Positions 29,193 to 36,622 of a stretch of 64,000 nucleotides of DNA are shown here, in pieces. Position numbers and translations under genes: made by a program. Numbering within the stretch: position 1 is the stretch's first letter; every line of letters begins with the position of its first letter. The notes beneath the pieces are model-generated. The model was not told the origin of the DNA and made no database searches. It saw nothing but the letters and a program-made list of their open reading frames with translations. The DNA is taken from NCBI GenBank assembly GCA_015063955.1, contig SVTD01000002.1, positions 8,236 through 72,235 of the forward strand. The letters are read 5' to 3'. Source of the stretch: Oscillospiraceae bacterium (GTDB lineage: Bacteria > Bacillota > Clostridia > Oscillospirales > CAG-272).

Positions 29193-29899
29193 TCTATCCC
29201 GCAATAGACCTTTACGAGGGTAAGGCAGTAAGACTTTATAAGGGCAATTATGCTGAAATGACAGTCTATAGCGATAATCCCATTGAGATCGCCCGCGATT
29301 TTGAAGCCTCGGGTGCAACACACATCCATATGGTAGATCTTGAGGGGGCAAAAAGCGGAACGACTCCCAATTTTGATACTGTTTGCTATATCAAAAATAA
29401 TACCAGTCTCTTTGTAGAGATCGGCGGCGGCGTCCGCTCTATGGATGTCATCGATAAATATATTTCTGCCGGTGTTGACCGGGTCATTCTCGGAACTGCC
29501 GCAGTAACTTCAGATGGCTTCGTTGAGGCGGCTGTTGATAAATACGGCGAAAAGATAGCTGTCGGTATTGATATAAAGGACGGCTTTGTTGCAATCAAGG
29601 GCTGGACTGAAAAGTCGGAGCTGGATGCCTTCGCCTTTGCTGAAAAAATGCAGAAAATAGGTGTTAAAACTCTTATCTGCACCGATATTTCAAAGGACGG
29701 CGCAATGCAGGGAACAAACCACGAGCTGTATCGCGAGCTGAGTGAGAAATTCAGTATGCAGATAATCGCTTCGGGCGGCGTTTCCTCCATCGGGGACGTT
29801 AAAAAGCTCCGAGAGAGAAACCTTTACGGCGCAATCATCGGTAAAGCATACTATACGGGAGCTGTCAATATTAAAGAAGCAGTTGAGGTGGCAAAATGA
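29186..29899 (+). CDS. hisA: 1-(5-phosphoribosyl)-5-[(5-phosphoribosylamino)methylideneamino]imidazole-4-carboxamide isomerase
   Basis: MLIYPAIDLYEGKAVRL ... GGGVRS ... ASGGVSS. Confidence 0.95.
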   Translation: MLIYPAIDLYEGKAVRLYKGNYAEMTVYSDNPIEIARDFEASGATHIHMVDLEGAKSGTTPNFDTVCYIKNNTSLFVEIGGGVRSMDVIDKYISAGVDRVILGTAAVTSDGFVEAAVDKYGEKIAVGIDIKDGFVAIKGWTEKSELDAFAFAEKMQKIGVKTLICTDISKDGAMQGTNHELYRELSEKFSMQIIASGGVSSIGDVKKLRERNLYGAIIGKAYYTGAVNIKEAVEVAK

Positions 29900-30654
29900 T
29901 AACGAAAAGAATCATACCCTGCCTTGACGTGCGCGACGGCAGAGTAGTTAAGGGAACGAATTTCAAGGGACTTCGCGACGTTTCATCCCCCGTTGAGCTT
30001 GCGAAGTTCTATTCCGACGGCGGAGCTGACGAGCTTGTATTTTACGATATAACAGCCTCCAGCGACGGACGTGCGCTATTCACAGATATTCTTTGCGAAA
30101 CTGCAAAGAAGGTGTTTATTCCCCTTACAGTAGGCGGCGGCATCAATACAGTTGCAGACTTTGACCGAGTTCTCAAATGCGGCGCAGATAAGGTCAGCGT
30201 AAACTCGGGAGCAATCCGAAATCCGGATCTTATCTACGAGGCTGCAAAGCTATACGGTGACCAGTGCGTAGTCCTTTCTGTGGACGTTAAACGAGTCTGC
30301 GGAGAGTTTCGCGTATTTGCCAAGGGCGGACGTGAGGACACCGGTATGGAGGCTATAAGCTGGATTAGGCGCTGTGTAGATAACGGTGCAGGTGAGGTAG
30401 TAGTAAACTCCATCGATACAGACGGCGTTAAGGGCGGCTTTGACCTTGAAATGCTGGAGGCGGTCTGTAACGTTGTAAACGTACCCGTAATTGCATCGGG
30501 CGGTGCAGGAAAGATCGACGATTTTATCGAGCTTTTCAATGCGCTTCCCAAGGTCGATGCAGGCCTTGCGGCATCTATCTTCCATTTCGGAGAGGTAGAT
30601 ATCCGCGATCTTAAAAATGAAATGCGAAAAGCAGGAATCCCTGCAAGAGTATGA
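29896..30654 (+). CDS. hisF: Imidazole glycerol phosphate synthase, cyclase subunit
   Basis: [17 protein letters not shown] ... GADKVSVNS ... ASGGAG. Confidence 0.95.
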   Translation: MITKRIIPCLDVRDGRVVKGTNFKGLRDVSSPVELAKFYSDGGADELVFYDITASSDGRALFTDILCETAKKVFIPLTVGGGINTVADFDRVLKCGADKVSVNSGAIRNPDLIYEAAKLYGDQCVVLSVDVKRVCGEFRVFAKGGREDTGMEAISWIRRCVDNGAGEVVVNSIDTDGVKGGFDLEMLEAVCNVVNVPVIASGGAGKIDDFIELFNALPKVDAGLAASIFHFGEVDIRDLKNEMRKAGIPARV

Positions 30655-30661
30655 GGTTTAT

Positions 30662-31312
30662 ATGATCAATATCAACGAACTTAAATTTGACGAAAAGGGA
30701 CTTATCCCTGCAATCGTAGTAGATGCAAAAACAAAGAAGGTTCTCACCCTTGCATATATGAACCGCGAGAGCCTTGAGATATCTATGGAAAAGGAGCTCA
30801 CCTGCTTCTGGAGCCGCTCCAGACAGGAGCTTTGGCTCAAGGGCGAAACCAGTAAGAATTATCAGCATATCGTTTCCATTACCGCAGATTGCGATAAGGA
30901 TGCCCTTGTTGTAATGGTAGAGCCCGACGGTCCTGCATGCCACACAGGCACGTATTCCTGCTTCACAGCTCCCGTTTTCGAGAGCGAGGAGAGATGCGAG
31001 TTTTCCTATGATGGTCTTATGAGCCTTATTGCAGGCAGAAAGACCGATAAGAAGGAAGGCTCCTATACAACATATCTTTTCGAGAAGGGAATCGATAAGA
31101 TCCTTAAGAAGGTAGGCGAGGAGTGCACAGAGGTAATCATCGCAGGAAAGGCTGACGATAAGAAGGAAACTATCTACGAGATCGCAGACCTTGCATACCA
31201 CGTAATGGTTCTTATGACCGAGATGGGCATATCCCTTGAGGATATCAGAAGCGAGCTTGCAAGCCGCCACGTTATCGACCACAAGGTAAAACAGGAAAAG
31301 ATGACAAAGTAA
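30662..31312 (+). CDS. hisI: Bifunctional phosphoribosyl-AMP cyclohydrolase / phosphoribosyl-ATP pyrophosphatase
   Basis: The HisI part is [21 protein letters not shown] ... CHTG. The HisE part is [16 protein letters not shown] ... [12 protein letters not shown]. The start is set at MININEL. Confidence 0.9.
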   Translation: MININELKFDEKGLIPAIVVDAKTKKVLTLAYMNRESLEISMEKELTCFWSRSRQELWLKGETSKNYQHIVSITADCDKDALVVMVEPDGPACHTGTYSCFTAPVFESEERCEFSYDGLMSLIAGRKTDKKEGSYTTYLFEKGIDKILKKVGEECTEVIIAGKADDKKETIYEIADLAYHVMVLMTEMGISLEDIRSELASRHVIDHKVKQEKMTK

Positions 31313-31316
31313 ACGA

Positions 31317-31347
31317 AAGCTGTCGCACGAGTTGCGACAGCTTTTTT
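31317..31347 (+). terminator. his operon terminator
   Basis: aagctgtcgca-cgagt-tgcgacagctt is followed by tttttt. Confidence 0.9.
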
Positions 31348-31378
31348 ATGTGAAAATTCTTTTTGTTGAGCTGTTTGA

Positions 31379-31656
31379 ATTTCGGCGAACGTTCCCCCGC
31401 GCGTCATCCTGAGCGGAGTAAACATCATAGTATGATGTTTGCGGAGTCGAACCATCCCATAGGATGGTGCCCTCCCTAAGGAGGGCAGGATCTCGCGGAA
31501 AGCTATCGAAAGCCTTTTCGTAGATCCCGCCCCGCAGGGCGCCACCCTAAGGGGTGGTTCGACTTCGCAAACAACTCACCGGGTTGTTTGCTCCGCTCAG
31601 GATGACGACGAAGGTGGCGTTTGCCGAAATAACAACCCACCGATAAATCCGAATCC
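31379..31656. repeat. Non-coding nested inverted repeat carrying six small hairpins (repeat region A)
   Basis: Outer arms are 31379-31391 / 31618-31630. A 17-bp perfect arm pair is cgtcatcctgagcggag 31402-31418 / 31591-31607. A 12-bp pair is 31441-31452 / 31557-31568. Each arm carries three local hairpins (31420-31440, 31452-31467, 31469-31486; 31528-31541, 31542-31557, 31569-31589). The terminal motif ccgataaatccgaatcc is at 31640-31656. Confidence 0.85.
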
Positions 31657-31685
31657 ACCAGCATCCTTGCAAAAAAAGAGCATAT

Positions 31686-31714
31686 TTGACAATAGTCTTG
31701 ATCTTTGCTATAAT
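31686..31714 (+). promoter_or_regulatory. Perfect-consensus sigma-A promoter
   Basis: TTGACA (31686-31691), exactly 17 nt, then TATAAT (31709-31714). It lies about 55 nt upstream of the ORF starting at 31772. Confidence 0.7.
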
Positions 31715-31771
31715 ACATGCAGTTTACAAAGGTAATTAAATTCTGTTATCATCGTATTTTCCGAGGTTATT

Positions 31772-32308
31772 ATGGATTCTAATAAAAAAAAGACCGCGAT
31801 TATTGTTTTTGCAATAATTATAGTGGTAGCTATATTGATAGCAATAAGCGGTATTGAAATTACAATAACCGGAGTTGTTTCCATTGTTACTAAGTATTAT
31901 AAAACAGCCAACGATGCTTATATGGCTGATAGTGATACTGTTGATGAAATTGAAGACATAGCTGTAATAAACGTTGACGATTATAATGCTTTCTATATTG
32001 CGCGCGTCGGAAAGAATGAGATTATTGTTGCAGAGATGAAAGTGTCGGATTCCAAATACCATTATACGGGATCAAACACTACGTACGATCCTGTTTCCTA
32101 CCATGTTGACGGGGTTGTTGACGGAGAGCTTCATTCAACTTTTACCTTAAAGTTTGACTCAAAGTTTACTTACGGCGGCAAAATAGAATGGGCATTGATG
32201 AAGTCATCCGATTCAGAATTGGTTTCTGAGGATTTCAAAAGGGTTGAAATTGATGCAAAGTCAGATAAAGAGCCTTTGGTATTTGTTTATAGGATCATAG
32301 AGGACTAA
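31772..32308 (+). CDS. Hypothetical membrane-anchored protein (AT-rich orphan)
   Basis: 178 aa with an N-terminal TM helix (TAIIVFAIIIVVAILIAISGI). I recognise no family. It is markedly AT-richer, with different codon choice from its neighbours. Confidence 0.5.
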   Translation: MDSNKKKTAIIVFAIIIVVAILIAISGIEITITGVVSIVTKYYKTANDAYMADSDTVDEIEDIAVINVDDYNAFYIARVGKNEIIVAEMKVSDSKYHYTGSNTTYDPVSYHVDGVVDGELHSTFTLKFDSKFTYGGKIEWALMKSSDSELVSEDFKRVEIDAKSDKEPLVFVYRIIED

Positions 32309-32348
32309 ATACATATGGATAACAAACGTATGTTGTCCCCTACAAAAT

Positions 32349-32379
32349 CAAAAGCGCTCCTTTTAGGAGCGCTTATTTT
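32349..32379. terminator. Bidirectional rho-independent terminator
   Basis: aagcgctcc-tttt-aggagcgctt followed by atttta lies between convergent genes. Confidence 0.85.
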
Positions 32380-35008
32380 AATGCTTGGATTTAATAAGCC
32401 CGAAGAGCTTTGAAAGCTCCATAACAACCGTCGGAACAAGGATAAGGCCGAGGGCTATGAGATAAAGCTGCCAGGAGAGCTTTACGATGCCGAAGGCGAT
32501 ACCTACGGGTGTGAAGAGAAGCACGAGAACAAGAAGGAGAGATGCAAGAACGGACCAGTTCAGAGTTTTGTTTGTGAAAAGGCCGATCTTGAAAATAGAT
32601 TTATCGGAGCGCATATTGAAGGACTGGAGCACCTGAGAAAGAGAAAGGGTCATGAACGCCATTGTCTGTCCTGCCGCCAGAGAATCAATACCTGCAGGTG
32701 TGAATGTCATACCGAGCCGGAAAGCGATGAGGGTCAGTATACCGAACATTATACCCTGGAGCACTATACGTACACCGAGGCCGCCTGCGAAAATGCCTTC
32801 GTTCTTGGGCTTAGGCTTTTTGTCCATAACGTCCTTTTCAACAGGCTCCATACCGAGAGCTATTGCAGGAAGAGAGTCTGTAACGAGGTTGATCCAGAGA
32901 AGCTGCATAGAGAGAAGGGGAGTTTTCTGCCAGATAAGCATTGCAAAGAAAACTGTAACGACCTCACCGATATTAGTACCGAGAAGGAAGCCGATAACCT
33001 TTTTGATGTTGGCGTAGATTCCGCGACCCTCGCGAACAGCTTCAACGATGGTAGCAAAGTTATCGTCGGTAAGGGTCATATCAGCGGCGCCCTTTGCAAC
33101 GTCAGTACCCGTTATACCCATAGCACAGCCGATGTCGGCAGCCTTGAGGGCGGGGGCATCGTTAACGCCGTCACCGGTCATGGAAACTACCTGACCGCGG
33201 CGCTGCCATGCCTTAACGATTCTGATCTTGTTTTCGGGGGAAACACGGGCGTAAACAGAGATCTTTTCAACCTTCTCGTCAAGCTCGCGTTCGCTCATAA
33301 GGTCAAGCTCAGCACCCGTAATTGCAAGGTCGCCATCTTCAAGAATACCAAGCTCCTTTGCGATCGCGGATGCGGTAACAACGTGGTCGCCCGTGATCAT
33401 AACAGGCTTGATTCCGGCCCTTCTGCAGGTTGCAACGGCAACCTTGGCTTCAGGTCTGGGAGGGTCGATCATACCCACGAGACCGACGAAGGTAAGTCCG
33501 TTTTCGAGGCCTTCGCTTGTGATCTCCTGGGGAATAGAGTCAATAGTTTTTATACCTACTGCAAGAACTCGAAGTGCATCGCGGCTCATGCTTTCGGTAA
33601 AATCCTTTGCCTTTGCAAGATCGCCTGCGATACAGCGCTCTGCCATAACGTCAAATGCACCCTTAACGATAACGGTGAGCTTTCCGTCGATGTCGTTAAC
33701 GCTCGTCATAAGCTTTCTGTCGGAGTCGAAGGGAATACCTGCAACTCTGGGGTACTTTGCGAAAAGCTCATCCTTTGGCATACCGCTCTTGTGTGCGGCA
33801 TAAACGATGGAGGTCTCCGTGGGGTCACCGATGTGCTGCTCCTTGCCCTCGCCGAAGATCACGGAGCCGTCACAGCAAAGAGTTCCGAGCATAAGAAGAT
33901 TTTTTACAGGATCGGAGTTGTTTTCGCAAATATCCTCGAGAGAATCAGCTCCGTCAAGGTAAGCCTTAACGAGGGTCATTCTGTTCTGTGTAAGTGTACC
34001 CGTCTTGTCGGAGCAAATGATAGATGCGCTGCCGAGAGTTTCAACGGCGGGGAGGCGGCGGATAAGAGCGTTTCTCTTAACCATTCGCTGTACTCCGATG
34101 GAAAGAACGATGGTAACGATTGCGGGAAGACCCTCGGGAATTGCGGAAACTGCGAGAGAAACGGCAGTCATAAAAATATCGATAGGATCCATTGTTTTGC
34201 TGATAAGTCCTACGATGAAAATAACTGCGCACGCCGCAATGGCAACTATTCCGAGATACTTACCGAGATCTGCAAGCTTTTTCTGGAGAGGAGTCTGAGC
34301 TTCGCCCTCGCCGTCAAGAAGGTTTGCTATCTTACCCATCTCCGTGTCCATACCCGTAGCGGTTACAACTGCAAGGGCTGTTCCGTAGGTGACAGAGCAG
34401 CCGGAGAATACCATATTAGTTCTGTCGCCGATAGGTGCGTTTTCCTTGACCGTTGCCTCTGCATCCTTTTCTGAGGGGACGGACTCACCTGTAAGAGCAG
34501 ATTCCTCGCTTTTAAGGCTGGTGGAGGAGAGAAGTCTTGCGTCTGCTGGAACGAAGTCGCCTGCCTCAAGCTTGATAATATCACCGGGAACGAGAAGGGA
34601 AGCGTCGATGACCTTTTCCTCTCCGTCACGGATAACTCTGGCGTGAGGGGCAGACATATTTTTCAGAGCATCAAGCGCCTTTTCAGCCTTACCCTCCTGA
34701 TATACGCCCATTACTGCGTTCAGAATAACGATGAGAAGAATGAGCATAGGCTCGAAAAGCTCTCCCCAGTTCTTTTCAACGCATACGATGACAAAGGAAA
34801 TAATTGCCGCCGCAATGAGTATGAGGATCATCACGTCCTTAAACTGGTCGATGAATCTTTGGAAAAGGTTTTTCTTTTTCTTTTCCTTCAGCTTGTTCTC
34901 GCCGTATTTTGCCTGAAGCTCGCCGGCTTTTTTTGATGAAAGACCAAGTCTTTCATCCGTTTCAAGGGCAGAAAGAAGTTCGTTTTTGTTTTCTTTGTGA
35001 GGTATCAA
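32378..35008 (-). CDS. P-type (P2-like) cation-transporting ATPase, Ca2+/Mn2+ exporter type
   Basis: 876 aa with a cation-ATPase N domain, TGES, the TM4 motif IPEGLP, the phosphorylation site ICSDKTGTLTQN and the hinge MTGDGVNDAPALK. Ion specificity cannot be read from sequence. See the riboswitch call upstream. Confidence 0.9.
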   Translation of the reverse strand: MIPHKENKNELLSALETDERLGLSSKKAGELQAKYGENKLKEKKKKNLFQRFIDQFKDVMILILIAAAIISFVIVCVEKNWGELFEPMLILLIVILNAVMGVYQEGKAEKALDALKNMSAPHARVIRDGEEKVIDASLLVPGDIIKLEAGDFVPADARLLSSTSLKSEESALTGESVPSEKDAEATVKENAPIGDRTNMVFSGCSVTYGTALAVVTATGMDTEMGKIANLLDGEGEAQTPLQKKLADLGKYLGIVAIAACAVIFIVGLISKTMDPIDIFMTAVSLAVSAIPEGLPAIVTIVLSIGVQRMVKRNALIRRLPAVETLGSASIICSDKTGTLTQNRMTLVKAYLDGADSLEDICENNSDPVKNLLMLGTLCCDGSVIFGEGKEQHIGDPTETSIVYAAHKSGMPKDELFAKYPRVAGIPFDSDRKLMTSVNDIDGKLTVIVKGAFDVMAERCIAGDLAKAKDFTESMSRDALRVLAVGIKTIDSIPQEITSEGLENGLTFVGLVGMIDPPRPEAKVAVATCRRAGIKPVMITGDHVVTASAIAKELGILEDGDLAITGAELDLMSERELDEKVEKISVYARVSPENKIRIVKAWQRRGQVVSMTGDGVNDAPALKAADIGCAMGITGTDVAKGAADMTLTDDNFATIVEAVREGRGIYANIKKVIGFLLGTNIGEVVTVFFAMLIWQKTPLLSMQLLWINLVTDSLPAIALGMEPVEKDVMDKKPKPKNEGIFAGGLGVRIVLQGIMFGILTLIAFRLGMTFTPAGIDSLAAGQTMAFMTLSLSQVLQSFNMRSDKSIFKIGLFTNKTLNWSVLASLLLVLVLLFTPVGIAFGIVKLSWQLYLIALGLILVPTVVMELSKLFGLIKSKH

Positions 35009-35043
35009 AACAATTCCTCCGTTAATGATATAGATTTAGTATA

Positions 35044-35553
35044 TTAAGAAACCGATCTTTCAATTCGCAGAGAAGCGAGCAGCAGCTTTGAAAACTCAGA
35101 ATAATGGGTGCATTTAGGTGCGGTGATCCATTCCTTGATGGAACAGAAGACAGCATCTGCCCAGAATGATCTCGTAAAGGTGGTGCAATAATTCAGGTTT
35201 TCGATAAAGAATCGGCGAAGCTCCTCCTTGAGATACTCGGAGAAGGAGTTTTGACCCTCTACCGAAAGAAGCTTTTTGTAGTACGTACGGTTATCGTAAA
35301 GATAGGAGCAAAGCTCCTTTACGGTTTGAGTTACGTTTGCACGGCCTGTGGACATCTTCAGAAGAGGGAAGTCCATATCGAAGGAGATATTGGCAAGATC
35401 GTACTTGTCCTTGAAGTGATAATAGAAACTCTTTCTGTTCTTATCACACTTCTCGCAAATATCGCCTACGTTGATCTTCTGGAAGGGAACTATACCCATG
35501 AGATCCTTGAATGCTTCACTGAAAGCCATTTTTGTGATTTTTGATTCAGCCAT
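35044..35553 (-). CDS. TetR/AcrR-family transcriptional regulator (DhaS-like subgroup)
   Basis: N-terminal HTH region KITKMAFSEAFKDLMGIVPFQKINVGDICEKCDKNRKSFYYHFKDKYDL. The start is set at ATG 35553; the track used GTG 35568. Confidence 0.8.
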   Translation of the reverse strand: MAESKITKMAFSEAFKDLMGIVPFQKINVGDICEKCDKNRKSFYYHFKDKYDLANISFDMDFPLLKMSTGRANVTQTVKELCSYLYDNRTYYKKLLSVEGQNSFSEYLKEELRRFFIENLNYCTTFTRSFWADAVFCSIKEWITAPKCTHYSEFSKLLLASLRIERSVS

Positions 35554-35630
35554 TTTTTTACCTGACACTTTCTTTTTGCTGTTTTACAGCGTTCTTACAG
35601 TCGATTGCTGCAGTGCCTTCAGGCTGATAA

Positions 35631-35743
35631 CAAAAAAACGAAACCCATCCGTCACTACAGATAAGTCTCGTCGATTAAGATAAAGCCAGGACAAAAGTCC
35701 GGTTGTTGACTTTATCACACGGGGTGCTGACTACTCCCTTACG
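35631..35743 (-). promoter_or_regulatory. Candidate yybP-ykoY (Mn2+) riboswitch with intrinsic-terminator expression platform
   Basis: The minus-strand leader starts at the predicted TSS: GUAAG-GGAGUAG-...-AAAGUCAACAA-[ccggac uuuu guccugg]-GGCUUUAU...GAGAC-UUAUC. The blocks GGGAGUAG, AAAGUCaACA, GGCUUU and GAGAC, plus P1 pairing GUAAG/CUUAU, match the yybP-ykoY aptamer as I remember it (L. lactis yoaB type). The 3' P1 strand (plus 35660-35669) is also the 5' half of a 12-bp terminator stem pairing with 35638-35649, followed by U7. A P-type ATPase downstream is the classic regulated gene class. This is not verified with a covariance model, and the P4 region looks short. Confidence 0.6.
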
Positions 35744-35748
35744 ATGTC

Positions 35749-35777
35749 ATTATAGCATACCCCAAATCATTTTTCAA
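35749..35777 (-). promoter_or_regulatory. Promoter of the riboswitch-TetR-ATPase operon
   Basis: The minus strand reads TTGAAA (plus 35772-35777), 17 nt, then TGcTATAAT (-10 at plus 35749-35754). The predicted TSS is about 35742, at the first base of the proposed P1. Confidence 0.65.
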
Positions 35778-35813
35778 GATGGTTTTAACATTTTTTGTGA
35801 AAATATTATATAT

Positions 35814-36622
35814 AAATTCGGGTTTATCGGGGAGAGGGGGACGCAAAGAACTTTTTTGAAAAAAAGTTCTCTGCACTCTCAAAAAACTTTGAAAAGGGAT
35901 GGGTAAAAATTCGGGTTTGTCGAAATGTTGCCGCTAACCCGTAGGGCGGGCAGACCCTTGCCCGCCGTCCATCAGCACACGAATAAATCCTTTAAATTCG
36001 GGTTTATCGGGGAGATAAAGGTGAACGTTATAAAGCCTTCCCCCATGATTCGGGGGAAGGTGGCTCCTTAGGCTGAGGCTTGATAAGCACATACGATATT
36101 CCCGGCGCTGCAGTTATAGTTTAGATAAACTCCACGGGGGAGACGGAAGAGGGTTGACTGCACAAACTTGAAGTTATAGCTGAATTTTCAAGAGGACAGC
36201 ATTTTTAGTATTGATACTCTCTCTTTTCACACCAAAAGACGTACGTTCAGCGTAGTCAACCCTCTTCCGTCGCTCCCCGTTCGATAGCGATAATTCATAC
36301 TTCAGCTCCGGGAATAAGCTTTACTTTAATTCTAACGCAAGTGCAAAGCGCCACCTTCCCCCGAATCATGGGGGAAGGCTTTGGTGCAAATCCCATCTTT
36401 AGCTTATCAAATTTTTGTTTGAAACACGCCGATAAACCCGAATTTGAAGACCGGTTCGCGTGCAGATGGCGGGAGCAGCAAGCCGCTCCCCTACGATGGG
36501 GTGAGTACGAACATACCGACAATCCTTATATATACCCATCCCTTTTTCAAAGTTTTTTGGAGTGCAGAACCTTTTTTTCAAAAAAGGTTTTGCGTCCCCG
36601 TCTCCCCTACAAACCCGAATAT
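35814..36622. repeat. Non-coding about 810-bp modular nested inverted repeat (repeat region B)
   Basis: The left arm is 35814-36159, the right arm 36254-36622 and the centre about 94 nt. The motif AAATTCGGGTTT(A/G)TCG occurs forward at 35814, 35907 and 35994, and reversed at 36429-36445 and 36607-36622 (a degenerate copy lies near 36517-36525). Arm-to-arm blocks are perfect over 30 nt (36035-36064 / 36350-36379) and 18 nt (36142-36159 / 36254-36271). Details are in the findings. Confidence 0.9.

Noticed and set aside
31441-31568. GGTTCGACT / AGTCGAACC strings in region A resembling a tRNA T-loop, raising the idea of a tRNA-like element or pseudo-tRNA
   Set aside because: The flanking bases do not form a 5-bp T-stem, and no acceptor, D or anticodon arms can be drawn. 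The string is part of the long-range arm pairing of the inverted repeat.
31174-31718. ORFs 31174..31545 (-) and 31503..31718 (-) covering repeat region A
   Set aside because: They run antisense through the hisIE 3' end, the his terminator and the hairpin array. They have no RBS and a low-complexity translation, so they are artefacts of the repeat.
33383-34474. A 363-aa plus-strand ORF inside the P-type ATPase gene. Similar cases are 6977..7960 (-) inside the aminopeptidase gene, 40132..40878 (-) inside the activase gene and 5315..6082 (-) over coaE.
   Set aside because: For the first three I checked the frames, and they are codon-aligned antisense shadows of confidently identified genes. They are explained by avoidance of TTA/CTA/TCA codons. 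None has a recognisable domain or translation signals.
35814-36622. The recurring 16-17-nt motif as a possible CRISPR array
   Set aside because: Copies occur in both orientations with irregular spacing (about 87-93 bp, then much larger). The 'spacers' are homologous between arms, and there are no cas genes in the window.
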